Origin: Pocillopora damicornis
Lineage: Eukaryota
DNA length: 64,000 nt
Assembly: GCF_003704095.1 (NCBI RefSeq)
Contig: NW_020845533.1
Coordinates: 248,001 to 312,000 of the forward strand
Direction: 5' to 3'
Every line of letters starts with the position of its first letter. Position 1 is the first letter of the stretch. A program made the translations under genes and the position numbers. Under the pieces are notes generated by a model that was given only the letters and a program-made list of their open reading frames with translations, had not been told where the DNA came from and searched no databases. This document shows, piece after piece, positions 40,201 through 48,770 of this stretch.

Positions 40201-41383
40201 TTCTGTGTTGTCAATAGCCACTTGTGAGCTGTGTCTCTGTTTGTCTGATCATGTCCACTATACAGTGTAAACAAGGCCTATCGACAAATTACATTAAAAT
40301 GGTTAACCTGACTTCATTATTACTTCAAGCCACCGTTGCACCCTTGAGGGAATTGTGCCTAAGAAATGTTAGACAGGCAAGCTGAGAGGAGTGGTTGTTG
40401 GAAAATAACTATAAAACTTGCAAAATATCCGTGTGTTAAAAGTCACAACATCAAATCAGGTTTAGTTATCGCTATGAAATATTAAACAAGCTGATCTACT
40501 TATAGTAACTGACTTGGTTTCTTTAGAACTTTCCTCTTCTAGGTATAATTATTTTTAGTCCTGTTTTGCCACAGTTTAAGCAGTTCATGTGTTTGATACA
40601 CATTCTTCAGACAAAAAAAAGGTTGGACCTCTTCCCTCAAATAGGTGTTATGTTATGCTCATCCTTCACTGTAATAGCCACCTCACTGCTGGAAGCCAAA
40701 CTTTCTTCTGTTCCCCAGGTGACAGTTATGAAGAGGTACAACTGTGCTCTTGCAATCTGTATGCATTTACAAATGTATAGGTGCATACATGCAAAAGCTC
40801 ATCCGTCTTTGCTTCTTTTGGGTGTACATAGAGCATTTTAGCCTAAACTATCCTAGCACGCCACTGTTAAGGTCATACCCCATTTCGAGAAAAATTCCTC
40901 CCGTAGCTCTTGTGAAGTATATGTACAGCGTAGCTGATTCAATGACAGAATTCAATATGCCGCGTTGATTACGTTCATAAACGAACATAGGCAGAAACGG
41001 GAATTAAACTGAGGGTAAACATCTAAAAACAGTTATAAAAAAAAACAGGGGTGTTTGAACAACGTAAATCTCCTTCAAAAATCTATCAAGTTCTTTCCCC
41101 TGTTCAATCAAGGAAAATAAACAGAAATAGAGGAACTCGTCCGCACATTACTGAGCGAGGAAAAAAAGATAAGCTCAGTGAAGAAGCATATAATTTCTTA
41201 ACTTTCCTCCCCTTCGGCAACACAGTCATTTTACGGTCATGCGATCTCCAGAAAAAAAATGCAGAAAAAGAGCGCAGATTTACAAAACCTGTTCGAAGTT
41301 GATCGTTCAACTTACGATCGTGACCTTCTCACCTGTTCGCATTGATAGAGCAGCGCTTGAAGCTGTTCTTCAGTGTTGTTCAT
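19572..41383 (-). CDS. IPO13: Importin-13 (karyopherin beta family, HEAT repeats), 31 coding exons, about 937 aa
   Basis: Phase-consistent exons: 41333-41383, 40152-40277, 39123-39181, 38616-38724, 37981-38076, 37057-37110, 36576-36648, 36296-36354, 35335-35492, 34300-34384, 34072-34194, 33082-33162, 31584-31664, 30363-30420, 29545-29594, 28929-29024, 27700-27844, 26964-27148, 26810-26836, 26283-26417, 25859-25966, 25508-25585, 24540-24677, 23737-23833, 22890-22942, 22527-22593, 22269-22327, 21536-21625, 20553-20654, 20101-20180, 19572-19662 (2814 nt). Recognisable IPO13 motifs: PEIQFFGASML, IVLTRLCVA, LTVLPEEF, FWYTLQDDI, DEKEQFRCYRQDIADTLMYVY, LLCRGLYGT. Confidence 0.95.
20937..20960. repeat. 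Poly-G tract
   Basis: 24 consecutive G. Confidence 0.95.
21015..21310. repeat. Interspersed repeat, homologous to 6040-6335
   Basis: ACAGACGCATAGATGA...CACATTTTGATGTCATCTGTGATCTATTACTG. Confidence 0.6.
23133..23492 (+). mobile_element. 5'-truncated Penelope-like retroelement copy (terminal repeat with hammerhead motif)
   Basis: Flanked by imperfect direct repeats AATATCTGCTAAGTAAT (23116-23132) and AATATCTGCTGAGTTAAT (23493-23510). Contains a hammerhead core and a possible ORF-end remnant (LEQIPLNKNQ). Confidence 0.7.
23376..23420 (+). ncRNA. Minimal type I hammerhead ribozyme motif
   Basis: ACT-CTGATGA-A-GAC-TTCCGCTCAGGTC-GTC-GAAAC-GTC-AGT: core CUGAUGA and GAAA, stem II GAC/GUC, stem I ACU/AGU, GUC cleavage triplet, palindromic ACGU in place of stem III. 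Confidence 0.65.
24305..24516. mobile_element. piggyBac-type MITE
   Basis: TTAA|CCCCTTGACTCC ... GGAGTTTATGGG|TTAA. Confidence 0.8.
27995..28442. mobile_element. Nested Penelope-like terminal-repeat elements
   Basis: Outer inverted pair (GATCGTTCGGGTG.. / ..CACCCGGACGATC). Inner element 28157-28409 is flanked by a 13-bp duplication CTTCTCAGGACTA (28144-28156, 28410-28422). Confidence 0.75.
28221..28254 (-). ncRNA. Minimal type I hammerhead ribozyme motif
   Basis: Minus strand GCT-CTGAAGA-A-GGGC-TAAC-GCTC-GAAAC-GTC-AGC: intact core, stem I GCU/AGC, stem II GGGC/GCUC. Confidence 0.65.
28533..28641. repeat. 24-bp minisatellite, about 4.5 copies
   Basis: Unit approximately CCAATCACAGCTGTAGCAAACAAR. 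Confidence 0.9.
29252..29497. mobile_element. MITE
   Basis: CTGGGCCCAGTTGTTTGAAG...CTTTGAACAAATCGGGCCTG terminal inverted repeats with internal AACCC/GGGTT palindromes. Confidence 0.7.
29945..30100. mobile_element. Palindromic (fold-back) MITE
   Basis: GATATTTGGAT..GTCAGTATC..AGCAACT..CACCTACC..CCCCTAACCC mirrored by GGGTTAGGGG..GGTAGGTG..AGTTGCT..GATACTGAC..ATCCAAATATC. Confidence 0.8.
30824..31228. mobile_element. Two adjacent piggyBac-type MITEs in opposite orientation
   Basis: 30824-31025 is forward (GAGTGACCAAGACAGAATTTCTCC) and 31031-31228 is reverse (GGAGAAATTCTGTCTTAGTCAC). Both begin TTAACCCT. Confidence 0.8.
31885..32094. mobile_element. piggyBac-type MITE (full length)
   Basis: TTAA|CCCTTTAACTCCC ... 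GGGAGTGAAAGGG|TTAA. Confidence 0.88.
33316..33678. mobile_element. piggyBac-type MITE interrupted by a second MITE (about 33511-33660)
   Basis: Left end TCAACCCTTTAAC and right end GAAAGGGTTGA are separated by a GGATA/TATCC-family insert. Confidence 0.65.
34450..34650. mobile_element. Diverged piggyBac-type MITE
   Basis: CCTTTAAACCCTAAGAGTGACCAAC..TTTCTCCTTACAATAT..TTAGGGTGTAAAG. Confidence 0.65.
35085..35283 (+). mobile_element. tRNA-derived SINE
   Basis: tRNA-like head (GTGGCTTGCAGTT..GGGTTCA) followed by TGTGTTGTGTTCTT..CCTCTCTCCACCCAGG..TAAATGGGTAC..CATCCCATCCAGGGGGGAGTAG, a typical SINE body. Confidence 0.65.
35903..36114. mobile_element. piggyBac-type MITE
   Basis: TTAA|CCCTTTAACTCCC ... 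GGAGTTGAAGGG|TCAA. Confidence 0.8.
36939..36998. repeat. (TTA)n microsatellite
   Basis: About 20 near-perfect TTA units. Confidence 0.95.
37765..37940. mobile_element. Partial piggyBac-type MITE
   Basis: TTTCTCCTTACAATATC..ATGAGAATAAAGGAAATGATC..GGGTGTAAAGGGTCAA; similar to 34450-34650. Confidence 0.6.
38287..38436. mobile_element. MITE (GGATA/TATCC family)
   Basis: GCCCAGTTTTTCAAAGGGTGGATAA ... TTATACACCCTTCGAACAACCAGAGCCTG. Confidence 0.7.
38780..38984. mobile_element. piggyBac-type MITE
   Basis: ACCAAGATAGAATTTCTCC ... GGGAGTGAAATGG|TTAA. Confidence 0.75.
39353..39564. mobile_element. piggyBac-type MITE (full length)
   Basis: TTAA|CCTTAAACTCC ... GAGTTAATGGG|TTAA. Confidence 0.85.
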
Positions 41384-41490
41384 TTTTTTTTTTATCCCCA
41401 GTGCACCCTATTTGATGTGGCTAGTTTTCAACCGTACTCCATGACAACATATCAGTCTGCACCGTCTGCTGTCTAATATTTCACATCTTC

Positions 41491-41501
41491 GCCGCCATCT
41501 T
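41491..41501 (-). promoter_or_regulatory. YY1-type motif near the probable IPO13 transcription start
   Basis: AAGATGGCGGC on the minus strand, about 110 nt upstream of the IPO13 ATG. Confidence 0.5.
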
Positions 41502-42426
41502 ATGTTCTTATGCGCAGATAGTATTACGCACTAATTCATGAGAGCTACCGATGACCCCAACAGGCAGAAGTCAAAGTTAATCTAGGTACCACTCTTCCAC
41601 GAGAAACAATTAAATTATGGGTGATCAGTAGGAAACAAGAGAGTCCCTCGCACAACTCAATCAAATGAGATCATTGCCTTGATAATGTTAGTCCTTGACA
41701 CCAATATCCATAATCTCCACACCGATCCATTCATCTCTTTTGGAGCTGACAAGTAAAATTTGTCTCAACAGTCCAGAGTTTCTTTAGTTGGTGATCATTT
41801 CCTTTATTCTTATTACCTGAATATGTAATTCAGCAGTGATATTGTAAGGAGAAATTAGATGTGAGTCACTCAGGGATTAGAGACTTGACTAAGTTTATCC
41901 ATAGTATATGGGGCAGCGCTCGCTTAATATTCTAATTTCCCTTCATTTTCAAGACTATTCAATCATCCTGCTCACAACTTCCAATTTTTCTTAAATCATT
42001 CAAACCTCATTTCCCATCAAATTACTCAAAATACAATGGAAGTTAAAAGTTTTGCATCACATAATAGAATTGAATCCTTCCCTGTCTCTCCTCCAAACAA
42101 TTTTGAACTTTATGTGCTTCGCAAAATTCTATCGGGACATGTTGACTGTTTGGTTTTACAAGACTTTCCTGTCTAAATACTTTGTTCAAAATTTATATCC
42201 CAAAGATAATGTTCCAAAGTTTCCCTTCAAAGATTTTAAAACCAAATTATAACACATGCAGGTTTTCATACTTCCTAAGGTCGTGCAAATGTCAACAATA
42301 CTCTGAAGGTTCTGACAAAGACATAACAACCTGCGATGAAATTTTTCCCTAATGTGATACATGAACAAGCTTTTAAGCTTAAAAGTAGCTAGGTTGAATA
42401 ACTCAGGAATAAAATAAATTGTTTTA

Positions 42427-42635
42427 TCCCTTCCACTTCAATGAGAGACAAAGAGAGAATTTCTCCTCACAAAATTACTACAATGTCATGCAGGCAAGTG
42501 TTAAGAAGAAAGAAAAGGATAACTAAGGGGATAATTATTTGATTTTATTCCAAAATTATCTGCACTAACTTCATAAGAGTTTTATGACAGACAGTAAGGA
42601 GAATTACTAATGAGTTCCCAAAAGTGAGTGGAGGG
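42427..42635. mobile_element. Diverged piggyBac-type MITE
   Basis: AGAGAATTTCTCCTCACAA..CAGACAGTAAGGAGAATTACTAATGAG. Confidence 0.65.
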
Positions 42636-44233
42636 ATTATTAGGATCGTGGATTGACATTCTTATTTTTTGTTATTACAAATGCGTGGTGTAAACAGAAT
42701 GATAAAGTTGCCTTGACATGATAGTAAGGAAATATTTGTAAAATAATAAGAATTATCACTTTAGACTAACAAAAGTGTTAAAAGACAAATTTCTGCTTGC
42801 CTCTGATTGCTCAATAAAACAGTGGAATGGGTTTAACTTTAGTCATTCAAAGCTGTGAGTGGCTGAGGTTTGTTTGTCAGTTCTGCTGACTCAACAGGCC
42901 CAAAGCTATATTTTACAATCAAAATTCAAAGAATATACATAAGCATCTATTTTGTTTCTTTAGCTAAGAGTTTGAGTGTATACTTTTCAAAACTTTTGAA
43001 AACCCCATCTTGAATGAAAACAGAACAGCTTTTGGAGTCTGTTAAGTTACCAAGATCCTTGACAAACGCGCCAGGACCTGACACTATGCAAATAGTTATG
43101 AATATTATTGTTTCAGTTTTCCTTTGTTGCAAAAATTATGTCTTTGTGTTGACGCAATTGTGTCATCATACAAGTATGGTTCTCATTGTCTATAGTTTTC
43201 TTTATTTTGTAGCATAGGTGTTCAAAATTAATAAGGGACTAATGAAGTCAACTTTTTTATTTTTTTTCCATACTGTTCCCATGTGAAGACATAAATGTTG
43301 TTATTCTACAAATAGTACTGACTTCTCCTTCAAGTACCATAAACAGAAACCTGTCTTTCTAAATATACCATAATCTATTTAAAAGACACATGAACAGACT
43401 ATTCCTTTCCCATAATTATTAATTTAAAAAGATGAGAACACATTCCCCCTATTTAGTTATTAGGTAAATTTACCCACCAAAAATCGGTGAAAAATATTTT
43501 AAGCTCTGTATTAGGCGTTTCATATCATCCACAGATACGTGTGGTCTACGGAAAACCAAATCCCCTTGTTACTTTACTAACTTTGTGTTCATCAAATAAT
43601 TACTATTTTACACAAATTTTTAAAAAGTGCTGTACACTGTAGAATGAGATTGTAAAACTTTAACAGTTAAAAGTGAAAAAATAAAACCTACAGAGTGCTG
43701 ACTATCTGTTTGAATTCATATTTACAAATAATACAGCTTACATGCGTACAATGTTGGTGGAATATAAAATCTTTACAATTTTGAAATTTTTCTTCTAAAA
43801 CTGTACGGTCCAATTGCATAAGTGGAAACAACTTCACGTCTTGTCTTCGACGTCAATATATTTTGACACAGGAAAAAGATTTCACTTGTTCTAAAATATA
43901 CATTGATAAATCATGCCGGAACTATACTTGAAATATATAAAACACTTTAAATGTGTGATGATTCCGATATTTATCTCCCATATATAAGAGATTATAGCGG
44001 TCTGTAATGTGTGTATGACATTACGAACGAGCAATATTTCGCGATTCGTTCGCCATTATAGTCACGAATGAAACTTTCTTATACCCGCATACAAAGATAA
44101 ATCCGGTTTAAAAAGGTCTCGACTGGACTAAACAGATTTCAAATATCATATCGATTAACATACTCGCTGACAAAACTTGTCTGGGTTAAAATAGATTCGC
44201 CTGTGGTTAAATCCTCGATGAATGTTTCATCCA

Positions 44234-45499
44234 TTACCTGAAACCAGCTATTTCGTGCATTCTAAATCTGTCTCTAATGTGTGGCCGGACATCGTCTTTT
44301 CTAGCGGCGATCATTTCTAAGAAGGGAAGAAGTTCGAGCAATTCTCTGTCCGACTTATCAACAAACCAACTTTCGATTGGAATTCCATTGAAAATCTGGT
44401 AAGCGAATGCTTGAGGTGAATTGTCCACAATCATTGTTTTAGCTAAGTCCCTGCCGAGTATGTTCAAATCTTTAATATAGTTCCCTTGAACACAAACACA
44501 GTGTTCGCGGAAGAGGCGATGTCGGAAATATTTTCGACCGGGATCCAAGATATTCAACAGCTTATCTGCATAGACTTTCTTCGAGGCAGTGAAGAGGATA
44601 ACTTCAAACATACTTGCGACTCGCTCGAGAAAGCGCTTCAAATGCGGTCTGGTGCGTACAAACACTTGATAACGAATGTCTTGGTAAAGGACAGGGAAAG
44701 ACAAATTGGCATCCTCCAGCTTGTTGAGACTGCAGTGAACAAGTGTCTCGTCCAAATCAAGAACAAGACAAAATTCTGGAGTGCTTCTGGTCTGTAAGGG
44801 TAAAACAGGACCACGGCTTGTGGCGTCTTCACCTTCCTCTGGCGGGGGAAGATTGCGAATGAAGTAAAACGGATCATAAACTTCCCATTCGTTTTCCGAA
44901 GATTCGGAAGTCTCATCGCCAACGTTTCCATTGACGTCGCCATTAGGCACGGCTAAAGCTTTTCTATTTATGGTCGATGAACCTTGATGCCACAATGCCC
45001 TTTCTTCAGGTATACCGCCATTTGTCGCGCCACAAATCCTGGATCCACTTGTCGAATTACTTGCAACTACTTTCCCTTCCTTTTCTACATTTTGGAAATG
45101 ACCGTTCTTTCCAAAAAGCGTAAAGACTGGCGAAAACAAAGTTCCCAAAAGCGATTTTCGCTTAGAGGACTCCCCATCGACGATAGACTTCGTAGCAACA
45201 GAATTTACAACCGTTGTCTCGGTTGTAAATTTTCGTTTCTTGAGAAGGTTGGATGTTATTATTGCATCTTCCTCGTCTTCGCTGTCCGAGTCAGATCGTT
45301 TACGCTTCGCAGAGCAATCTTTCTCGCTGTCTTTCGACGGCGACCACAGGAAGGTTCTGATTGAACTCAACAGATTCCTTCCTGGCGAAATCGCTGAACT
45401 TTCACTACACTCAAGATCTGCCGTTTCGCTGTTCCCAACCGAGGCGGCATCGTCCATGTCTCGGCGATCAGTTTTCACACTGTCCTTCTGAGAAGGCAT
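44234..45499 (-). CDS. CTDSPL2: CTD small phosphatase-like protein 2 (SCP4; FCP/SCP HAD phosphatase), single coding exon, 421 aa
   Basis: Catalytic [11 protein letters not shown] (DxDxT), plus [22 protein letters not shown] and DNSP motifs. CTDSPL2-type upstream motifs [18 protein letters not shown] and TRSTPEF are present. First ATG is at 45499, with an in-frame TAA just upstream of the GTG used by the ORF track. Confidence 0.92.
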   Translation of the reverse strand: MPSQKDSVKTDRRDMDDAASVGNSETADLECSESSAISPGRNLLSSIRTFLWSPSKDSEKDCSAKRKRSDSDSEDEEDAIITSNLLKKRKFTTETTVVNSVATKSIVDGESSKRKSLLGTLFSPVFTLFGKNGHFQNVEKEGKVVASNSTSGSRICGATNGGIPEERALWHQGSSTINRKALAVPNGDVNGNVGDETSESSENEWEVYDPFYFIRNLPPPEEGEDATSRGPVLPLQTRSTPEFCLVLDLDETLVHCSLNKLEDANLSFPVLYQDIRYQVFVRTRPHLKRFLERVASMFEVILFTASKKVYADKLLNILDPGRKYFRHRLFREHCVCVQGNYIKDLNILGRDLAKTMIVDNSPQAFAYQIFNGIPIESWFVDKSDRELLELLPFLEMIAARKDDVRPHIRDRFRMHEIAGFR

Positions 45500-45865
45500 A
45501 CTCACGCACGATTAACTCGGTGAATGCCAGAACTTTCGCTTGAAAGCTCCAAAATAAATCCCCCAAAACAGAAGCTTAAAAATACTGTGTGCTTAAAAAG
45601 TCTATGACGTCCTACACTAACCATTCATTCGGAAAGGTTTCATACACACTGTGTGTGTAGCGCATCGTAAACGAATCTGCCTTCAGTGACAACTTCTGAC
45701 ACGCCGTTCTGGTTGGGTGACTGCATGTACATTTCATGCAAATGTCAGCAAAAACAAGAGGAATATTTGCATACCCAATTTCGCGCGCTAAACAATGGCG
45801 ATCGTACTGACACACAGCGCTGTGTAAAAATATTTATACTTGAATTAAGAGTGCTACGCGAAAAC

Positions 45866-45942
45866 TGACTTCCGTTGTTAAAATATTCAGTATTTTAATG
45901 CTCTCTCCGTGCATTACCGGAAATGCAAATCTACCGGAAGTG
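45866..45942. promoter_or_regulatory. Putative CTDSPL2 promoter: three ETS-type sites and an octamer
   Basis: ACTTCCG (about 45868), ACCGGAAAT (45916), ATGCAAAT (45923-45930) and ACCGGAAGTG (45933-45942), about 400 nt upstream of the ATG. Confidence 0.45.
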
Positions 45943-47321
45943 TGGGAAAAAGTGTCGGTTTCTCAAAATGTCGCTACAATGTTGATTTATAATTACGTGT
46001 AATCGAATCTTTCAAAGGTCTTGATTTATTCAGAATAGTTTTGGTAGATTTCTAATTAAGACTATGGTGTTGCAGTAAAGTAATTAATGAACACCAGGAG
46101 CCCATAAGTGATGGCTACTGTGATCACGCATTTTGTTCGCAGTATGCTAATTAAAGCATTGATTGGCGCGAAAATATTAATTACAGAACGACAGATAATA
46201 CAGTTCTAAATGGTTCTTGTAGTCTTCCGTACTCTCTGTCCGGACATGGAAATGATAATTTTTGTTATCAGTTATCATGTGAGCAGAATGTCGAACCGAC
46301 AACTGCCTAGCTACCCAAAACAATTTAACGCCTACCCCACCCTACTGTTAACGGGAACAGACCGGAGTTAAGCCTCGGGACAAAATATCGATATTTGTCA
46401 GTCGCATCCGAAACAAAAGGAAATCTATTCACAGCTGAGACCCAGTCACACAAGATGCTTACTTTCATCGACGGTTCGAGACACTGAGTAAAAGTTGATA
46501 GAAAATCAACGGTGTGAAGGGTTAATGGATCACACCACTTTTCTGGGACACTGAGAGATCAGGATTGCACGGAACCCCATCGACACGTTGCCATGGTGAT
46601 TTATCCGGATCAAACAACTCGGCTTAGGGCCTAACATCAGTATCTTTTATTCTCCATACTTTTCTTCGTCTATTTCCTATGGCGCTAACAAGGATATTTG
46701 TTAAACAGTAAATAGCTCCGTTAGTTAGCGATGTTTTTTCCTTCTCGTTTCTACTCTCGTGATGTTTTTTTCAATAGTGGCACTATGAGAAGAAATTAGC
46801 TGTTTCTCATTTACAGGTTTGGAGCCGGCGATTTGAAGTGTCAAGCGGCGCATGTTTATTTCCATCGTATTTAAGTTGATTATATATGTAGCCCATTCTC
46901 CGAGACTCAAAGAGGATTAGTGAGGACAGCCAAATTTTCACCTCATCCAGTCGCAAGAAACTGTCGCATGGTCCATAACGATAATTTTCGCGTCTCCTAA
47001 TTAACAGCTACGTCTTAGCTTACCGAAAATGAAGGTCCGAACCTTGATCAAACACCAGGGCCTAAACCGCTTCGGTGTTTATTTGGTAGTTAAGATTTTC
47101 CCTAGCGCTAATAGGAAGTCGAAGTGAAACTGAGTAAATACGGCAAGCCGCGGCCTGCTTGAGGCACGAGTTGTGAATATACGAGCGTGCTCCCGCCTCA
47201 TGGCTTTCTCAGTGCGTACTGCAATTTCGTTATTTTGAAAACCATGGATAACAAAGGCGTCAAATGAAAATTGGAGGGTTTTTTTAAGGGATTAAAAAAA
47301 AAAAAAAAAAAAAGAGTGACC

Positions 47322-47600
47322 GTCCTTACCGCAAGTCCTAAAACCTGGGAGGAAATGGGTTAAGACAAAATTAGATTAATACGAGGTCAAAATAGATCTA
47401 CAAAAATTTGGAACGCCTTTCTTACCCCAAGCCTTAAAAACCAGGGAGGAAATAGATAATCACAAAAAGGGGTGGATCGAGAGGAGGTCAGGACAGATTG
47501 AAAAAAATAATAATTCAGAACTTCTTTCTATGCCCTCAGTCTAAAAAACACGAGAGGAAATCAGGGGGGAATAGGTGAACACAAAAAGGGGTTTAGAAGA
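47322..47600. repeat. Degenerate tandem repeat of about 100 bp (3 copies) after a poly-A run
   Basis: CTTACCSCAAG..AAAACC.GGGAGGAAAT..CACAAAA recurs at about 47324, 47421 and 47528; poly-A at 47294-47313. Confidence 0.55.
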
Positions 47601-48564
47601 GGCCAGAAATTTCTTTCAAAGAAGCAAAGAACCCTCATATTTCATTTTCAATGTTCGTCTTTATTAACAATAAACTAAACCCCCCTAAAATAAACAAATT
47701 GTGATATCGGTTTACGTTCTTCTCATCAGAAGATAGAGCCGCGAGATGCTTTTTCCTGCCTTCATCATTTACGAACGTTCTGGCACCGTGAAACAAAAAA
47801 ATTTAACAAAAAAATTACTGTCTTTCTAACAACTTAAACTAATGAATACATATCATTTGCCCTCTGGTGTGTTTTGGGGCTCAAAATAAAATCATGTCTC
47901 TGTTTTTTCTTTTCGCAAGCATCGATGGCTAGCCGTCCCATAAAACTAAGAAACCTTAAATAATGTTATTCATCACTTGTAAAATTGTCTAAGAATTGAG
48001 TTACGAAAAGGCCAGAAAGTCACCCGCATCAGTTAGCCCAAAACTACTATATCACATATTTTCATGAAGTCTACTCTTCGGACATCGAGAACAGGGTTCT
48101 CACAAATAAATCATCGTCCACGCTAAGGCTTGCTTTGTTTATTGAAACGATGTGAACTTCTCAATACAATAAAATTAACTTTTGTTATAAATTATTAATA
48201 CTTTGCGATAACGTGACCCAACTACTACATATACTTGTTTAAGCATTTTCGAGCTACAATAAAGCAAGTTACAGATAGCGTGACTTTTGTACAGTTCCGT
48301 GGGCGAAGCTAAGCTTTCTACTGTACTGGCCTTTTCAGGAATCGTCTGGAACGAAAGGAAACATGAGAAAACTGTAAGTGAGATTCACAATGAACCACTA
48401 ACAAAAAAAGAGGCGCTTTAAATAAATAGCCCACCTTAAACCTTCTGGGAACTTACGAACTAAACCTCGCACTGCCACGATCTGAAAGCTAATTATTTAA
48501 ACTGAAAGTGTGTAAACCCTCTCGTAACCAGGAATGACCAGAAACAATGGGTAAGGCTCAGTCT

Positions 48565-48670
48565 GTACTCAAGCCAAGTGCCCCAATTCAGCCGGAGCTT
48601 ACTACCGTTTCCTTGGCATAAACAATTAGGGTATTACTACTCCCCAGTGGTTGGGATGCCAGTCTTCCTC
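48565..48670 (-). mobile_element. SINE 3' fragment inside the LLTP 3' UTR intron
   Basis: Minus strand GACTGGCATCCCAACCACTGGGGAGTAGTAATAC..TAAGCTCCGGCTGA..CACTTGGCTTG, similar to the end of the 35085-35283 SINE. Confidence 0.55.
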
Positions 48671-48770
48671 CACTAGAATGTCTCGGTTCTGCTCTCCGTT
48701 TCACTATGTTTGGTTAAAAAAATTCCCACCAAAGCTAAAGTTCTATTTTTACTCACCATTCCTGTTCTCC

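Noticed and set aside
44486-45543. ORFs overlapping CTDSPL2
   Set aside because: Shadows of the real coding frame.
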